Below, one piece after another: positions 62,191-63,988 of a stretch of DNA of 63,988 bases. The notes under the pieces are model-generated. The model had not been told where the DNA came from and did not search any database. It saw only the letters and a list, made by a program, of their open reading frames with translations. The translations under genes and the position numbers were made by a program. The stretch spans positions 1,649,578 to 1,713,565 of the forward strand of contig JAWQFM010000011.1 in assembly GCA_033442325.1 (NCBI GenBank), in the 5' to 3' direction. Each line of letters starts with the position of its first letter. The stretch's first letter is position 1. This DNA is from Salpingoeca rosetta. Its lineage: Eukaryota; Protista; Choanoflagellata.

Positions 62191-62755
62191 GAGCACATTG
62201 TTGTGCAGACAAGAGCAACTGACCTCCTTGACGTGTGAAGACCATGAGGCGCCACTCCCGTGGATCGCCAAGGGTGTTTTTCTTCTTCACAATGTAGTCA
62301 ACCACCTCTGCACACGTGCCCATCTGGTCTGCCTTGACACTCCTGCAGGAGCGCGAGTGAGTGAGGGTAGGTGAGTGAGAGTGGGTGAGACAATAAAGGC
62401 AAGTCATGCAACAATGAACGAAAGCCTTTATCCTTCACGCTGCCACACACTCATACACTCACGCCTTCACCCACCCCCACCACACACACACCCACACACC
62501 CACACCCACACACCCACACACCCACACACATTCAGAATGCACTGACTTGAATGTGCCGTCGCTGAGGTAGACGCGGACAATGCCGAGGCCCATGAGGCCG
62601 TAGATGTGTGGGTTGCTGTTCTGCCGGGTGTTTGGGATGCCGGAGTTGATTCCTCCACCACAATCGGAAGCGGCAGGGCTCGTGGACGAGCATGCTGGGT
62701 TGTGGTGAGCTGCTGCGGATGAGGCAGCCTCATGTTTGCGGCGCCTTCGAAACAT
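56711..62755 (-). CDS. Ras-association (ubiquitin-like) domain, polyproline and multi-WH2 actin-regulatory protein
   Basis: RA-like IVRVYLSDGTFKSVKAD..TCAEVV...FLDDDEP. Many poly-Pro runs. WH2-like LAAALQGAKLKPA, LLAALKGAKLKKA and LLSAIQGGVKLRKA. Two C-terminal PEWK(K/R)K motifs. Confidence 0.75.
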
Positions 62756-63216
62756 CCTCGCTTCAACTTTGTTGTTGTTGCTGGGTTGCTGTTCAGCTCA
62801 AACCTGGGCCACGCCGGGTATGGTGGCGACAGCGAGCGTAGTCCTTCAAACGTGCGTGCGACAAAGAGCGCAGTGGGTCACACACTCACTCACACTCCAA
62901 CACTCCAACACTCCAACCAACACACTCACTCACACTCTGCGTGCTCAGGGCTCCTTCTCTCCGTCTCCCTCTCTTGCGATCTCAACCAGTCAATTAGGTG
63001 TGATGGCAACAGTGCGTGTCTGTGTGGTCGTCTCTTGTGTGGCTGTGTGCAAAGTGAATGCGGCTGTGTCGCTGTTGCAGACAGCCGCAGCCACAACCAC
63101 CAACCAGGCATGCCATCGCCACCACCAGCACGACCGCCCTGACAGGCAGAATGCACCGTCATCCAACGCATTCGATCCACCGATAATTGATTGAAGATTT
63201 ACACAAATTGTCCAAA

Positions 63217-63460
63217 ATGGATGACGTTGGCTATGCGCTTGTGCGAAGGCAGGCAAGAAGGAAGAAGAAGAAGACGAGCAAGACAAGCGAAACAGGCAGC
63301 AGAGCTGGAGTAGGGAAACTGAAAGACGAAGCAGCAACAGCAGAAGAAGAAGATGTGTTGATTGTGGAACGGTCGCCCACAAAGCGCGCCATCATCGTCT
63401 GCTTTGGTGCGCCGTGCGTTGTGTGTGTGTGTGTGTGTGTTTTGTGTGTGTGTGTGTGTG

Positions 63461-63539
<79 letters not shown>

Positions 63540-63988
63540 GGTGTGTGTGTGTGGGTGTGGGTGCACGGGTGGGCATGAGCTTACATGTCGTGCGTTGGGC
63601 TTGTTCGTTCGTCTTTCGCAGCCACTCACCTCGGTTTTGTCTTTCATTTCACGTCACTTTGCTAGGCATGGCCGTGCTTGGCTTCTTGGTTGGCCTGTGG
63701 CACCTTTCATCGTACGCTGGTTGGGTGTTTTTCTTCGCAACGGCGTGTCTTGCGTCTGCCTTTTGGCCAGAGACACAGGTGCGCTGCGTTGTGTGCTTGT
63801 GGTTGCTTGTGTGTGGGTGTGTGCGTGTGGGTGTGTGTGTGCGTGTGTGTGTGTGTGTGGTGGTGTGTGGGTGGGTGTGTGGTGGTGTGTGTGCATGTGA
63901 GCGAGTTTGACAGCTTCTTTCGTTGCAGAGTGTCAAGCGTTCGAGCATTTCCTCTTGCTCCTTCACAAACACACACGCACACACACAC
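63217..63988 (+). CDS. 5' part of a small membrane-protein gene (partial, runs off the window)
   Basis: MDDVGYALVRR... exon splices in frame (F-G|M) to a hydrophobic exon GMAVLGFLVGLWHLSSYAGWVFFFATACLASAFWPETQ. Confidence 0.5.

Overview
Eukaryotic, intron-rich genomic window with (CA/TG)n-laden introns and two N gaps. Style and gene content are most consistent with a choanoflagellate such as Salpingoeca rosetta (inference). About 13 protein-coding genes are supported: the 3' end of a NEK1-like kinase; a large secreted kringle/PAN/furin-like/mucin/laminin-G mosaic protein; a cytochrome-b5 front-end desaturase; calnexin; an ANKMY1-like MORN-ankyrin-MYND gene; a head-to-head pair of intronless secreted beta-propeller paralogs; a long coiled-coil protein; DONSON; a SYCP2-like meiotic axis protein; an ankyrin-DHHC palmitoyltransferase with a DHFC motif; an RA-domain/polyproline/multi-WH2 actin regulator; and a partial small membrane-protein gene. 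The most unusual signal is three compositionally foreign, non-repetitive, stem-rich segments (about 210, 320 and 380 nt) in or at introns, each directly after a microsatellite. All three appear to fold on the + strand. They are candidate structured ncRNAs, but an artefactual origin is not excluded. Also notable are the SYCP2-like gene, with E2F/CHR-like motifs upstream, and the 81-bp-spaced propeller pair. Gene identities come from recalled motifs, not database searches, and exon boundaries are approximate.
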